Of a stretch of DNA of 64,000 nt, positions 52,301-64,000 are shown piece after piece. The position numbers and the translations under genes are program-made. The notes under the pieces were generated by a model, which was given only the letters and a program-made list of their open reading frames with translations, did no database searches and was not told where the DNA came from. The stretch's first letter is position 1, and the number at the start of each line of letters is the position of its first letter. This stretch comes from Pavona decussata (Eukaryota): assembly GCA_977016875.1 (NCBI GenBank), contig CDRNST010000093.1, forward strand, positions 5,270,001 through 5,334,000, in the 5' to 3' direction.

Positions 52301-55300
52301 TTGCACCTTTCAAAAGCTCTATTTTCACTGGACCCCGATAACCTCCATTGTTTTTTAGGGTTGGGAGCATTGTTCTATTAAACTCCGTTTCAGATCTTCC
52401 AGGGAAATTAAATTATTTTATTTCCACCAGACATAATGATGACGAAGACTTGTTGGTTCAACTTGATGTGTTTGAAGAGCAAAGGTTAGAAGATGAAGAA
52501 GAACTTAGCTCTCCTGAAGGAGTAAATCTCACTTCACACTTGGACGTCTTTCACGCCCTGTTTAAAAAGGTTTGTTAATGCTTTGCAGTATGTCTTTGTT
52601 CTTCTTTATCCATTATTTAAATCTTATACGTTTTTGAAGTGTTCTCGGCGCTTGGCGTTCCACTCCCATTGTGTTTAAATTTATCAAAACAATCATGATC
52701 GAGATATAAATCTGGTTCAAGGTAGAAATCTCTGCTCATATTTTTCCCTGTGTTTCGCAATCTTTGCATTTGCCGAGAGCGCGTAACCCTTTGTTCATGT
52801 AAGAAACCCTGAAACGTGACCATTCAAATGGAAACTATCAGACAGAACTTCCCTACTGTATCATATACTGTACAGGGTGCTTCCAGTTTTTGAGTCTGTG
52901 GATGAAATCCTATACTAAAGTGTGACCATTCAATTGAAAGCTATTTAGCAGTCATTGCTGTTTTTTGTTCTGAACCCAGTAATTTCTGGCAATGTTGTGT
53001 GTATAATTATCATGCTGTACAAAGTGGTTCTAACGTTGAGTCTATTTTTCAAATCCTAAAGTGTCACCATTCAAATGAAAACTAATGAGCAGTACTTTCC
53101 AGTGGTGCTGTTTATTCAATATTGTGCTGTACAAAGTGGTTCTAACTTTTGAGTCTGTCAAGGAAAGCTTACAATGAAACCATTCAAATGGAATCCACCG
53201 AACAGCTTTTTTCAAGTCTTGCTCTTTGTTTATTATTATTTTACAGGTGAGCAACAAACCACAAGGTGTGAACCTGTTGAGTATCTTGCAAAACCTGCTT
53301 CTCATAGATGACGATTCTCCCGTGTCGGACTCAGTGTGGGAAGTGATTGAGAAACTTGTCAAACGAGCTGTGAACATTGAAAGCGCCACTCGAGTAGAAT
53401 CATTGTTGGAGGCCGGCGAAAAAGAACTGATCGGCTTGGAAAAGGGAGACAAAACCGAGCGAAGCAACTCTCCAGATGAAAGCTTAATTGGACAGCGAAT
53501 GTCCGTGGCTGAGCAATCCTCGGAAGATGTGCGTTCAGCTTGTTTGCTTTCCGTTCCTAATGATAGACATAATTCTACAGGTACAAGCGAGGTTTTTGAA
53601 GAAGTTGAAGCTTCTTCTGCTGGAACTGTACTAGAGGGAGCGTGTCCGGTGAATTTTTTCGACGAAGCACCTTCGCCTTCTGTTCAAATTCTTGAAGACG
53701 TCATACAACGAAATAAGGAAACGGATGAAAGATCTTCAGCAAACAGAAAGGAACCAAACGTCCGATCAACCAGCCCTGATAACCTACTTGACCTTGAAAG
53801 TGTAGCTATCGAACTTGGCGTGGTAAAGCCTCCCCCACCGCCTCCCCCACCGCCTCCCCCTCCGCCACTGCCAGGACAGTCAAGTGGTGATGACGACATA
53901 CTGACGACTCACGCTGCACCAGTTGAATCCGCTCCACCCCCTCCCCCACCACCACCTCCGCCTCCCTTACCTGGACAAGATGCCAGTATTCCATGCGGTA
54001 TGCCTTTTGCCTTGCCCCCAGGCCCCGGAGTTCCTCCTCCCCCGCCGCCACCACAACCCGTGCCAGGAATGGGCGGAGTCCCGCCACCTCCTCCTCTTCC
54101 AGGATTTGGCAATGTACCCCCTCCGCCTCCCTTACCAGGAATGGGTGGGGTACCCCCACCACCTCCTCTTCCTGGAATAGGAGGAGTGCCCCCACCGCCA
54201 CCACTACCGGGAATGGGAGGGGTACCTCCTCCCCCTCCCCTACCAGGAATGGGCGGGATACCCCCGCCACCTCCCCTCCCTGGTATGGGGGGAGTGCCTC
54301 CACCTCCTCCGTTACCTGGTTTGGAAGGGGTTCCTCCTCCACCGCCACCTCCAGGGGTAGGTGGTGTTCCACCCCCGCCCCCTCCTCCCGGTGGCTTTGC
54401 AGTCACTCGAGGCTACCAGCAGAATGTTCAACGGCGTGTCAGCTGCCCTGTCACCCCTGCAGTGAAACCAAAGAGTAAAATGAGGTCCCTGGCGTGGCAG
54501 AAGCTTCCTCCCCACGTGGTACAAAGAAGCAAGACTTGTGTCTGGGCGCGAGTTCTAGCCCTGGAAGTCGTGCAGCCTGATTTTCACCTTGAGGAGGAAT
54601 GGTTTTGTCAGAAGAAAGCTGTTGCCAAGAAAACTGAATCAAAAAAGAAGGAATCTACAGAGGTAAGACTCTCCTGAGCCGAACCTAATACCTCGAATTA
54701 AGTACATGAAAAGTTCGGCGTCTGAATCAGTTGAGAACGGCTGTTTTAATTTGGAACGGCTCAGCCGTTCTTCCCGCCTGGCTCAGCCGGGAATTTTGGC
54801 TTTGGAACGGCTTTGATTCAGACGTCGAACTTTTCATGAACCGAACCTAATGCATAAATTATTATAACGTATTTCAAATAATAATAAAAATAAATAAAAA
54901 TAAAAATGCTAACATTTCGATTGGTTTTGCTTCAAGTAAATTAAGTTCGGCTAATTAAGTTCGGCGTCTGAATCAAAAGGCGGGATTTTCGTGATTTGGG
55001 CCGACCTTAATTTGAATTAAGTTCGGCTCATGAAAAGTTCGGCGTCTGAACTAGGCCTTTGTTATTAATATTTTGAACATTAACATTTATTTTATTGCTT
55101 TTCTAGGTTACTCTCCTTGATCCGAAGAGGAGTCTTAACGTTAACATTTTTATGAAGCAGTTCAAAAAGTGAGTATTTTCTTCATCTAGACTTCGTGCAC
55201 CCCTCTTTTGTTTTCTGTCAACATTGTGGTCCAAGACGAAAGTCGCCTGCTACATTTATCCTCTTTCTCTCCATTTCAAACTAAAAGTACATTAAATGGT

Positions 55301-58300
55301 GATGGACGGGAGAGATAACTATTTGTATTTCAATACATTGACTTTGTTTCTTTTCTTTTCCTTTTTTATTTTTCAGAACCAATGAACAAATCGTGGAGAT
55401 TATCAGCAAAGGGGACAGCAAGGCGTTCGACGTCGACGTTCTCAAAGCGTTCATTAAACTTCTACCAGATAACACTGAGGTAAGTATAAATACAGCGCTT
55501 GTAAGCAAACTCAAGCTGTTTGCCTGTTGAAAAAGTAGATCACTACTTAGAGCAAACGATAAAAACCTGTAAACGTTTGTATAAAATTGAGCTTTATTAA
55601 AGTTAACACAAATCGTCGTAAAGTGTTGCCAATGCACAAAAGATCTGGTCAGACTGAATTGAACTCAAACCGATGCACAGTCAGAATCAGTTTAGAAATG
55701 TTGGTGTTTGAGAACTGGGGAGAGGAAATCCGGAGAACTTAAGAAAAACCCCACAAAGGTGGAAACTGGCAAAGCCAGACGAGTTTCAAGACACAAATGA
55801 GAGTGTGTTCGGTTCTCAAACCAACGATATATTGCTAAACGAGCGTCTAATACACTGCGGGAAAACCTGTTCCCAGCGTGCTGCTCTTCTTAACAGAGGC
55901 AAAGCAACTCCATTTTGTATATAACAATGTTTTTATTTGTACCTTTAGAAAGAAATGCTCAAAGGTTTCTCTGGAGACAAGAAGCAGCTGGGATCAGCAG
56001 AGAAGTTTCTACTGGCTGTCATCTCCATTCCCGGGNNNNNNNNNNNNNNNNNNNNNNNNNNNNNNNNNNNNNNNNNNNNNNNNNNNNNNNNNNNNNNNNN
56101 NNNNNNNNNNNNNNNNNNNNNNNNNNNNNNNNNNNNNNNNNNNNNNNNNNNNNNNNNNNNNNNNNNNNNNNNNNNNNNNNNNNNNNNNNNNNNNNNCTCA
56201 ACCATCTTAGAGGTTTTGCACGAAAATTAGTTCTTAATCACCTTTGAAGCGCATCAAGTGCACCTCAGACTCGACTTGGGTCATGGGGGTGGGGGGCGTG
56301 TGCGGGCTTATTTCCCGAACAGCGACTGCTAATCGAGCTCACGCGTACCATTGTTGTACAGGCTATAGCAACATTTGACAGCACCTTAGCCCTGTCTTTG
56401 ATAACAATCAAATCTGAATTCCCTTCTAATCGATCAAAGACCGCCTTTACAACGTTTGACGTATGTCAAAAGTGAGATGTAAAGGCAATTTTTCTTGATT
56501 TTGTCTTATATAACTGTGAACAAGTGAGCGAAGAGAAATATGTGACTCAAGGGCTAATGGGGTGATGGTTCCTGTCGTCTCTTTGCCTTCCACCGTTCGT
56601 CGATTTGTTTTCGACCTCTCCTCTGCCAAAGAGCCTGTTCACAGTGTTATTATTTCCTCCCGTTTGCTTACAGATATAGCCTTCGCCTTGAAGCAATGTT
56701 GCAAAAGGAGGAGTTCCAACTCACCCTTGATACCATTGAACCGAGTATTGAAGCCTTGAAGGGAGCGATGAAAGGTGTGTGTGTTTGCTATACATGGAGG
56801 CTTTCATTGTAATTCACATTGAAAAAGTCTAAAATTTTATTTGGTAGCGGATAATGTGTTGCCAAACAAAAAAACACTGCAGAAAAATTCTGCTCAGTAG
56901 CTTGAACAATTAAATTGTCAGTATTTTAATCAGATTTCGTCCACAGACTTGAAAGCTATTGGCTTGCACAAAACGCAGGCACAGTAAACGGCACCGCAGG
57001 GGAATACTGCTCGATAGCTTTCATTAGAATGTTAACACCTTAAGATTTTATCCACTGACTCAAAAGGTAGTTCCTTAACAGCATAATAAACAGCACTACA
57101 GGAAAGTATTTTTCAATGACGCTAATTAAAGTAGCCACACTTTAGGATTTCGCTCCCGTACTCAAAAGTTAGAATCGTCTTGATCTTGTACAACATAACA
57201 AACAGAACCGCAGGAAAGTATTTTTCAATCCACAGACGTAAACGCGAAATAAATAGCACAACAGGAAAGTGCAGCTCAGGAGCTCTCATTTTTAGGTTTT
57301 TTGTCCACAGAATCAAAAATAATGTAATATTGGTCTCATTTCTTTCTTTCCTTATTCTTTAGATATTCTTCAAAGTGAGATTCTTCCCGAAGTTCTTCAG
57401 TTGATTCTGATTATTGGTAATTTCTTGAACTCTGTAAGTAACGCTTTCTCTCCGATATAATTTTCTCTGAGCTGTGTGCTTGTGAACCACAGGAATAGCA
57501 ACGTTCTTTTTCCATCTGATCCTGTCTTTCTTGCCACAGGGCGGGTATGCAGGGAACGCCGTCGCTTTTAAGATCAACTCACTTCTGAAGATCGTGGACA
57601 CGAGAGCCAACAAACCTCGCATGAACCTAATGCATTTCTTAGTTCACGTAAGTTAGTTCAGCTTTGAGATTATTCATTTTATTTTCATTTTATTTTCTCT
57701 TGCTTCTGTGACAACAAGAGACGCTGACAAATGTGTTTCCGCCTTTCAGGTCGCTGAAGAGAAGCGCGAAGAAGTGCTGAAATTCCCGGACGACATGACT
57801 CATCTAGACAAGGCTGTGAAGTAAGTTTTCTAATTACCAAACCAAAGCCTAGGTCATCAATGTTAGCCAATCACGAAAAACAAATAAAGGGACGAGGCAA
57901 CCAAAACTCGAAGCAAGAAAGTACAAGCTTTGCCAAGCGCAGAAAAAACATGCAAGCGGTCATTAACGCGGGAAGCTGCAAAGTGCGCGAAAACATGCAA
58001 CAGTTGCCAAGGGCGGGAAAGCGTGCAACAGTTGCCAAGGGCGAGGAAGCGTGCAACAGTTGACAAGCGCGGGAAAACATGCGTTCGGTGAACTCGGCAA
58101 ACTGTGCGAAGCTCTGGAAAACATCAGGCCCGAGTGATGTTTACGTTTGTGTGCGCTACATTTGACGAATGTACCTTCATTTTATTTGCTTCTCTGTTTT
58201 TATTCTATTTTAGGTTATCTATAGACAACATCACAGAGGAAGTGAAAACTCTAAAGTCCAAGATAAAAGAACTCGACAAGGCGATGAAAACCGGACCGAA

Positions 58301-60121
58301 AGACGTTTCAGCGCAGTTTTCAGATTATATCGAGGTACAGTGTTTTTGTTTATCTCTCTGTTGTTGATTCCTTAAACAAAACACTTTGCTGCACGTGGTT
58401 ACGAGAGTTGGTTTACGGAAAGCTGATGAAATGTTAGTGGAGACTGGCGATGAGGAGGGAGAAATACCTCCATCGCTTCATTCTGGAGAAACTCAAGCTC
58501 GGAGTAGAACAGACCTTAGGGGACGTTTCGTTAGATCGGACATGGAGGGTTTATTGGAGTTTTCGCTTTGCCTAGAGGGATAGTAAACAGTGGTAGAGAT
58601 CAAGTTTGACAGAACATAACAGGTCGTTTCATGTTAAGTTCAGTTGATCATCCTTGGCAACTAGGAGAATTTTGCGAAGGATCCTCGAAGGATACAATAT
58701 TACCATTAATGTATAAGAAACTCAATTTTCAACTTTCCCGTCTAAATCGTGAAATATTAATACAAATCTGATTTTTCTTTCATCACTTTATTTCCAGACC
58801 GCCGCAAAAAAGGTCAAAGAACTTGATGACGGCCTCAGCGAGATTCACACTCTGACAAAACAACTGGCGCTGTATTTTTGCGAGGACGAGGGAAAGCTAA
58901 AACTGCAGGAACTGTTATGTTTATTCAAGACCTTCTGTGATCAGCTGGTCAAAGCTAAGAAGGTAACATGAACCTTGAATTAGTTTGATGTACAAGGCGT
59001 TTATTTTATAATTATTGTTGCTCAATTGGCTCTGAAAGATACGTAGGTTTCCCCTTTCTTTTTTGATTTCAGTAACCCTTGCTCAGATTTTCTTTTCCCA
59101 CATAGTCGTTTACCATCCTTAAGAAATCACAGTTTTCGGACTATCCCGAGATGCGCAGAACGTATGCGCAGTAACAAAAGAGGCACCGTCCTTGTTGACT
59201 GCTTAATCATTAAATTATCTTATTTGGTCGAATTATTCAAAAGTTGCATTTGTAAGGACAGCATTCGAGTTAGTTTAAAGAAAGAATGGAAATTTACCGT
59301 CGAGTATTCACGTTTTCCTTAAAAGTCTGAATGTGATCCTGCCACACTATTGGTGTGATGAAGAAAAGCAAAGGAATGTACTAAGACTAAGCACGTGCGG
59401 AGCCACTGTTTTTCTTATTAAACTTGCTTTACGTGATGTTGTCGTGGCCGTCGCCCCTCGTGGTTGCCTTACGTTTTCTATTTTAAGGAAAGGTCGTGCG
59501 CTGATCGGCTTAAGTTTCGAAGAAAGGAAAACAATAAATTTTAAATAGCCACGAGATACAGCCTTGATTGATGGAATATTTCCAGTAATTAATTGATTTC
59601 CAGTTGTTGAGTGATTGGTAGAATGCGTTCCAGTGCATTTGAAACTGTAAATTTTCAATTTATGTTATTGATTTAATGTATTAAATAGTGGTACACTTTC
59701 CCTTTTCTTTAAGGAAAACGAACAATTTCGTATTCAAGAAGAGAGACGGAAGGTGCGCGAGAAAAAAAGACAAGAAGAAGCAGAGCGAAACGCTAAGGCA
59801 GGTGGAGTGACAAAGAAAGGCAAACCACGTCCATTGGACGAGGAACAGGAGGGGTGCATTGTCGACCGGCTTCTGGGTGAAATCCGGAAAGGGTTCCCCC
59901 TGCGAAAGAGCTCCAAGAATACCCCATCTGGGATCAAATCGGCATCTCCCAGAACGAGGCTGAGTCAAGAAGGAGGAGGTAAAGCTAAAAAGGGAAAGGA
60001 TGAGATCCAAAAGTTCTCGAGTCCGGCCAAGATAGGCGCTAAGCTAAACTCCACGGACGGGGAGGAAAATCGACTAGTGTTGAAGAGAAATCTTGACGGA
60101 CCGTCCCTTCCAATTGCGTAG
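49353..60121 (+). CDS. INF2: INF2-like formin shared (constant) exons: rest of DID/FH3, FH1, FH2, WH2/DAD
   Basis: Exons 49353-49468, 50259-50418, 51583-51616, 52431-52569, 53247-54662, 55107-55168, 55377-55479, 55949-56034, 56674-56774, 57363-57433, 57540-57647, 57750-57820, 58214-58334, 58798-58962, 59714-(59978 or 60121); phases all consistent; [33 protein letters not shown], poly-Pro FH1, [40 protein letters not shown]2/[21 protein letters not shown]. Confidence 0.93.
50455..50678. mobile_element. Palindromic MITE in formin intron
   Basis: ATTTTACAGTTGTGTGCTTAGTGACCTG...GACTGGAAGCGAGGCTGGG mirrored by CCCAGCCTCGCTTCCAGTC...CTAAGCACACAGCTGTAAAAT. Confidence 0.75.
52815..53195 (+). repeat. 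Degenerate tandem repeat of ~100 bp units; inverted relatives at ~56870-57310
   Basis: Recurring (G/T/A)ACCATTCAA(A/T)TG and GTACAAAGTGGTTCTAAC..TGAGTCT blocks. Confidence 0.6.
54066..54389 (+). repeat. Coding 36-nt repeat x9 in FH1 ([12 protein letters not shown])
   Basis: Nine consecutive 12-aa units in the 53226 ORF. Confidence 0.9.
54676..55057. mobile_element. 5'-truncated MITE, same family as 20467-20877
   Basis: Repeated AAGTTCGGCGTCTGAA motifs in both orientations; ends ...CATGAAAAGTTCGGCGTCTGAACTAGGCC. Confidence 0.6.
56036..56196. other. Assembly gap (161 N)
   Basis: Run of N starting one base into the predicted splice donor of exon 55949-56034. Confidence 0.99.
57930..58130 (+). 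repeat. Degenerate ~27 bp tandem repeat
   Basis: Repeated CAAG(C/G)GCGGGAAA(A/G)C(A/G)TGCAACAGTTG. Confidence 0.7.
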
Positions 60122-60844
60122 AGTTTTGGTATCTCAGTATTAGCACAGGCTTTCCTCTTTAAAGGACCTTTTAGAACAGGAACAGGCGTAATTCCTAGAC
60201 GAAAATAATTAAATTTGGTGAGTTTAGATTGGCTTTGCTCAGTGAAAATGTTTAGCCAAATGTTAAACTCCAAGTATTATTTGAAATGGAATACAGTATG
60301 TAATTTTCAACGTTTATAAATTTGGCAAAAACATTCAGGTGGGATTGTTAATTGAAGTAAGAAGGCCTGCATTTTCAATGCGCTGAATTCATTTTTCTAT
60401 TTTTTATAAGTCGAATTAGCAATTGCAGAGTCTATTTGGACGTTAAAAATGATCGATTTTGCAAAGTTTTTCATTCAATGAAGTTGCAAAAAAATAGGAG
60501 TTTTATTATAGAATTTTGTAACGGAAATTTCTTGTCGCTTACTGCCTATTTCAGGCCAAGACATGTTTTTGCACATACCTTTTTTTGACAAGTGGCCTAT
60601 CATAGACCCTACCATGTTCATTTTGTCTTTCCATTGTGCTTAATTATTTATTGTAAGTTTTTCTACTGTAGATATATATTTTTTGAGAAATGCCTCAATA
60701 ATGTCAAAAACATATGCTTATATATTTTTTGGTAAAGTTTATACTTTTGATTAAAACTGTAGAGGATTGCTGTTAATTTGAGAATACCATGGTTTATTTA
60801 TTTTGATTAAAAATAGAAGTGGTCGCTCATCTCCGTGGCTTTGC

Positions 60845-60940
60845 GTTTTGATCGAGTAATCTTCGGTTATTATCGGTGTTTTGATCGGGTAATCTTCGGT
60901 TATTATCGGCGTTTTGATCGGGTAATTTTCGGTTATTATT
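60845..60940 (+). repeat. 33 bp minisatellite x3
   Basis: GTTTTGATCG(A/G)GTAAT(C/T)TTCGGTTATTAT three times. Confidence 0.85.
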
Positions 60941-62344
60941 GGAATGTTCCGAAATTTCAAGAATAAGTCAAAAGATTCTTAAACAAAGTTTTGCATATTT
61001 AAGTATTTCTCAAGTTGGCAAGGAAAGTGTTCAATGTCTTTTGCTTTTAACCTTTCATGTAATATGAAAGGACTCTGAATCTATTTATTGAAAACAAAAC
61101 AATATCACACGATAATTAACTTAAAGATATTGATCGATTTTCTTGGCAGATATTAACAATATTTAATATCTTATTCATCCCTCTCGAACTTAAACTCCAT
61201 ACACCCTTCATACCAACTTGTAACTGACCCTCCCTTTTTAGAAATTTCTTTTGATAAAAAGAACATGAGAAATGTTAGGATATATTTATTTATCGCTTAA
61301 AATATACGCTGTTTAAGAAAATTGAGCGAATCCCTTGAGACATCGCTATATTGCCTGCGGCAAATTTACTGTGTTTACGTCTTCTAGATCTTATCAATCG
61401 GATATTTTGAACGGTTTTTTTCTTTTTAAATTAGCCAAGTGATTAAACATCGATTAATCAGGCAAAGTGTTAATTTCTTGGCGCTTTCGTCTTTCTATTT
61501 ATCCCACCCAGTTGGCCGCAATTCCTTTTTGCTTACGTAAATACAACCAACGTAATGCAAACTAATTGAATATAATAATATTTGATTGACTTTCTGAAGT
61601 GGGTGATACTTGGAGCAATTTCCTGAGTTAAAACTTCCTTGCATAAGTTAGATCTGTCTTGTTTTCGCAACTTCAAGTCTTGTTTATGTAACTCAGTTTG
61701 AAAGGTCAATCTTATGATAACACTTCTTTGAACCATGCTAAAAATATCATGTGTTTGTTTCCAAATTATTTCACGTTTAGCCAAGCGCGAAATATTTGCG
61801 TTGAAGGCAAATCTTGAGTCGAGAATTATTAAATCTCTCCGAAATACTTTTAATAGTTTTCTTTCTTGTCTATTCAAGATTTTGCCTAGCAAAGAGAATG
61901 TTGAAGTTGCATGGCGAAACGGCGTTTCCTACGCATGCAACAATTATTTAAGTTTAGCATGGTGTATTTCCTTAGGGTTCCGAACCAGGCTACTTTTCGT
62001 CTCTTACCAGTATAGAATTTACTTTATGATCGTCAGCACTCACTGACAGCGTTTCATAAAAGTTTGAAAAGCACAATATGCATTGCGTTGAATTTGATCG
62101 CAACAAACTAAATGAACAAAGATCGAACAGAAGTAATCCTTTTTTTTTTTCGATAGTTAGAGTGGTAATGGGGAGACCCTTTAAGGTTTTTTCGCATGGA
62201 AACGAGGCTATAATCACGTGAAAGACCTAAACCTTGCACGTGGCTGTTACGTGAGGGTTGGTCTCAACTGTTAGCTATGCCAAAACGTGTGAACCCACGC
62301 ATTCTTTAAGCTTCATTACAGCTTTTAGAGGTCCCTTCCGTTAA

Positions 62345-62882
62345 CCACTTTTGTGATGGCCTCCCGCCTGAAGTGTTCGACAACATGTTTCAATATGCTA
62401 GTAATATACATGACTACAACACAAGATATGCAGCTAAGCATAAGCTTTATAAGCCGAACGTACGAACTAATGTAGGCAAACAATTAATCTCCTTCATGGC
62501 AACCGATATTTGGAAAGACCTTCCAACTCGTTCAAAAAAACTCATACAAAGTGTGTCTGCTTTTCCGAAACAAATTATACGTTATTTACTGTCAGATCAA
62601 CAAATGAACTAATTTTCTTTTATGCTAACCTCGTAACATAAGTTAACATTTTACAATTAATAAGTTCTTCCTTCCTTTTGCTTTTTCATTTTTTTTTTCT
62701 TTTTTGCCTTTTTTGCCTGCTATCTAGAACCTAAATTAGCCAGGGAGCTAACAAGATAACCAAATGGTTCATTTAGCTTCCTTGCTTGCACATTATTTTA
62801 ACTAATAATTAATTTAATTCTATGTATTACACAACAAGATTGTAAGAATCAACTATGTACATTAAAAAAAGCACAAATAAAG

Positions 62883-62926
<44 letters not shown>
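62345..62926 (+). mobile_element. 5'-truncated LINE 3' end (ORF2 C-terminal tail, 3' UTR, (TTA)n tail)
   Basis: LPPEVFDNMFQYASNIHDYNTR...RTNVGKQLISFMATDIWKDLP resembles CR1/L2-group ORF2 ends; AATAAA then (TTA)n at 62883-62926. Confidence 0.75.
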
Positions 62927-63028
62927 GTTGGCATCCTCATTAAAGTTTACCCTCAACTAAAAAGACCAAAAGGTTAATTATGTTTGTGACAATTGATTAA
63001 TCTTTTATTTATTTGTTTTTATTTTTAG

Positions 63029-64000
63029 GCTCTAAAGAGTTCATTATTCCGGAGGTTGACGAGAACGCGCCTGTGTCGGCCAACTCGAGCAAGATGCTTG
63101 TGGACGGAGACGAGAGAGGTAAAACACAGCTGGACCACAAGGTGGCCACAGGAAATAGAGAAATATCGCAGAAACTCGAAATGGAACCTGTTAACGAGAC
63201 AAAAGCACCAGCTGTAAACAGTTTAGAAGGAAGCGCGGGAACTTTAACACGCGAGCAAAGTGATTTTCCCACATCCAAAATAGAACAGAATAAACGTGAT
63301 GTTCTTTCTGTGATAACTGAAAGTAAATCAGAAGAAGATGTAGCGAATCAAACACAGGAAGAACAGAGCAAACAGGTCAGGGAAGTGGAATCTTCAAAAG
63401 ACACGCATAATTTTGATAAACACACTCACGCACCGGCTGGAGTACACCTTGCTGACAAAACTGGTGATTTAGTTATCGTAAACGGAGTTCATGAAGATCT
63501 ATTTTCCACGGAAGCAATTCAAAATAGAAATGACAAAGCGAGGCCAGAGCTTGTAACAGTGAAAGAAGGATATAGTTTAGCTGCACCAAAACAAAAAGTA
63601 ATTCTTGCTAATGAAGAACAGAATTGTGCAGAATTAAATGGCACTTGTAATGAAAAGGGCATTGGACAGCGCGAAGACGACTCCAGAGGACAACAAAGAA
63701 CAGTTGATGTCAACAATGGCTTGTTTCCATTGGATTCGACGAATAAACGAGGAACAGGACCAAAACAAAATAAAAACGACAATATTGTTGGCAGTTTCAC
63801 TTCATCAACTCCAATTAAGGATTCACATGACAAATTACAAACTTCTTTAGCATTATCAGATATTCCTCTGGATTTTGAACAGTTAGATGCTAGCTCTGGA
63901 AAAGACAACAGCTTAAACTCTTCAGTTATTTCACCGGAACGAGAACCCACGAATAACAAGGTGAATGAAATCGAAAAATGCGGGAAACCAGAGACTGTGA
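63029..64000 (+). CDS. INF2: INF2-like formin, long low-complexity C-terminal exon (runs off window)
   Basis: Strong pyrimidine tract ...ATTTTTAG|GC; stop-free frame to the window end (SKEFIIPEVDENAPVSANSSK...; E/S/T/N/K rich); phase 1 matches donor G|GTAAAG at 59978/59979. Confidence 0.8.

Noticed and set aside
53684-54478. Gly-rich and other alternative-frame ORFs
   Set aside because: Antisense or frame-shifted readings of the FH1 poly-proline codons
56035-56196. Missing formin exon hidden in the N gap
   Set aside because: Exons 55949-56034 and 56674-56774 join in frame ([11 protein letters not shown]) with no gap in the FH2 sequence
60845-60940. CRISPR-like array (also 57930-58130 and 37760-37835)
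   Set aside because: Head-to-tail repeats without unique spacers, in eukaryotic introns, no cas genes

Overview
AT-rich, intron-rich animal genomic DNA; the repeat families look like those of a cnidarian, probably a stony coral (inference). It holds four protein-coding loci: the last exon of a Jupiter/HN1 (JPT)-like gene (+), a complete 7-exon TMEM185 (+, 341 aa), a complete 3-exon DPH3 (-, 80 aa), and an INF2-type inverted formin (+) running from about 28.5 kb off the right edge. Main result: the formin's first coding exon, encoding the N-terminal extension and the first part of the DID/GBD regulatory domain, is present as six diverged, intact tandem paralogues (28472, 32863, 36930, 39526, 42444, 46365). 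Each has its own ATG and ends in a phase-1 G|GT donor. All six fit in frame onto one shared set of downstream exons (rest of DID, FH1, FH2, WH2/DAD) starting at 49353. This is a 'variable first exon + constant region' layout like clustered protocadherins or UGT1, here in an actin nucleator. Other notable items: possible alternative C-termini, a decayed split-direct-repeat (Ngaro/PAT-like) retroelement in a TMEM185 intron, a near-perfect ~460 bp palindrome with hammerhead-like motifs between the divergent DPH3 and INF2 starts, and many MITEs. All exon calls come from manual translation and splice-site reading; no searches were run.
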